A stretch of 64,000 bases of DNA from Eledone cirrhosa (taxonomy: Eukaryota): positions 170,376,001 through 170,440,000 of the forward strand of contig OZ024740.1 in assembly GCA_964016885.1 (NCBI GenBank), read 5' to 3'. Of this stretch, positions 63,977 to 64,000 are shown in pieces. Under the pieces are notes generated by a model. It searched no databases. It had not been told where the DNA came from and worked only from the letters and a program-made list of their open reading frames with translations. Numbering within the stretch: position 1 is the stretch's first letter; each line of letters begins with the position of its first letter. The translations under genes were made by a program, and so were the position numbers.

Positions 63977-64000
63977 GGTGGTAGTAGTAGTAGTAGTAGT
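63473..64000. repeat. (GGT/AGT)n array
   Basis: Directly visible. Confidence 0.95.

Noticed and set aside
61617-64000. Poly-Pro/His/Val/Met ORFs (extensin- or formin-like)
   Set aside because: Trinucleotide arrays are open in several frames on both strands

Overview
Eukaryotic, microsatellite-saturated, repeat-dominated window with no recognisable host gene. The SINE family, Dong/R4 and Penelope content and the (TA/CA/ATT)n load suggest a coleoid cephalopod such as Octopus (inference). Main content: (i) two R4/Dong-clade RLE non-LTR retrotransposons, one with an intact 1130-aa ORF; (ii) five L1/Tx1-clade elements or fragments, three of which form a ~22.5-kb train with a Dong copy, separated only by (ATT)n tracts; (iii) a decayed Chapaev3 DNA transposon with TIRs and a TTA TSD; (iv) many Penelope-like remnants as fold-back pairs in (TA)n, several carrying hammerhead ribozyme cores read by eye, including U3-A8 covariants and forms with 75-95 nt stem-II domains; (v) tRNA-derived SINEs, an RTE fragment and MITEs. 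The most interesting observations are a 5' leader motif shared by unrelated Tx1 and Dong elements at the same microsatellite, and a conserved 52-53 nt GT-AG segment at the Tx1 ORF1/ORF2 junction whose splicing would fuse ORF1 in frame to ORF2. All alignments and folds were done by eye.
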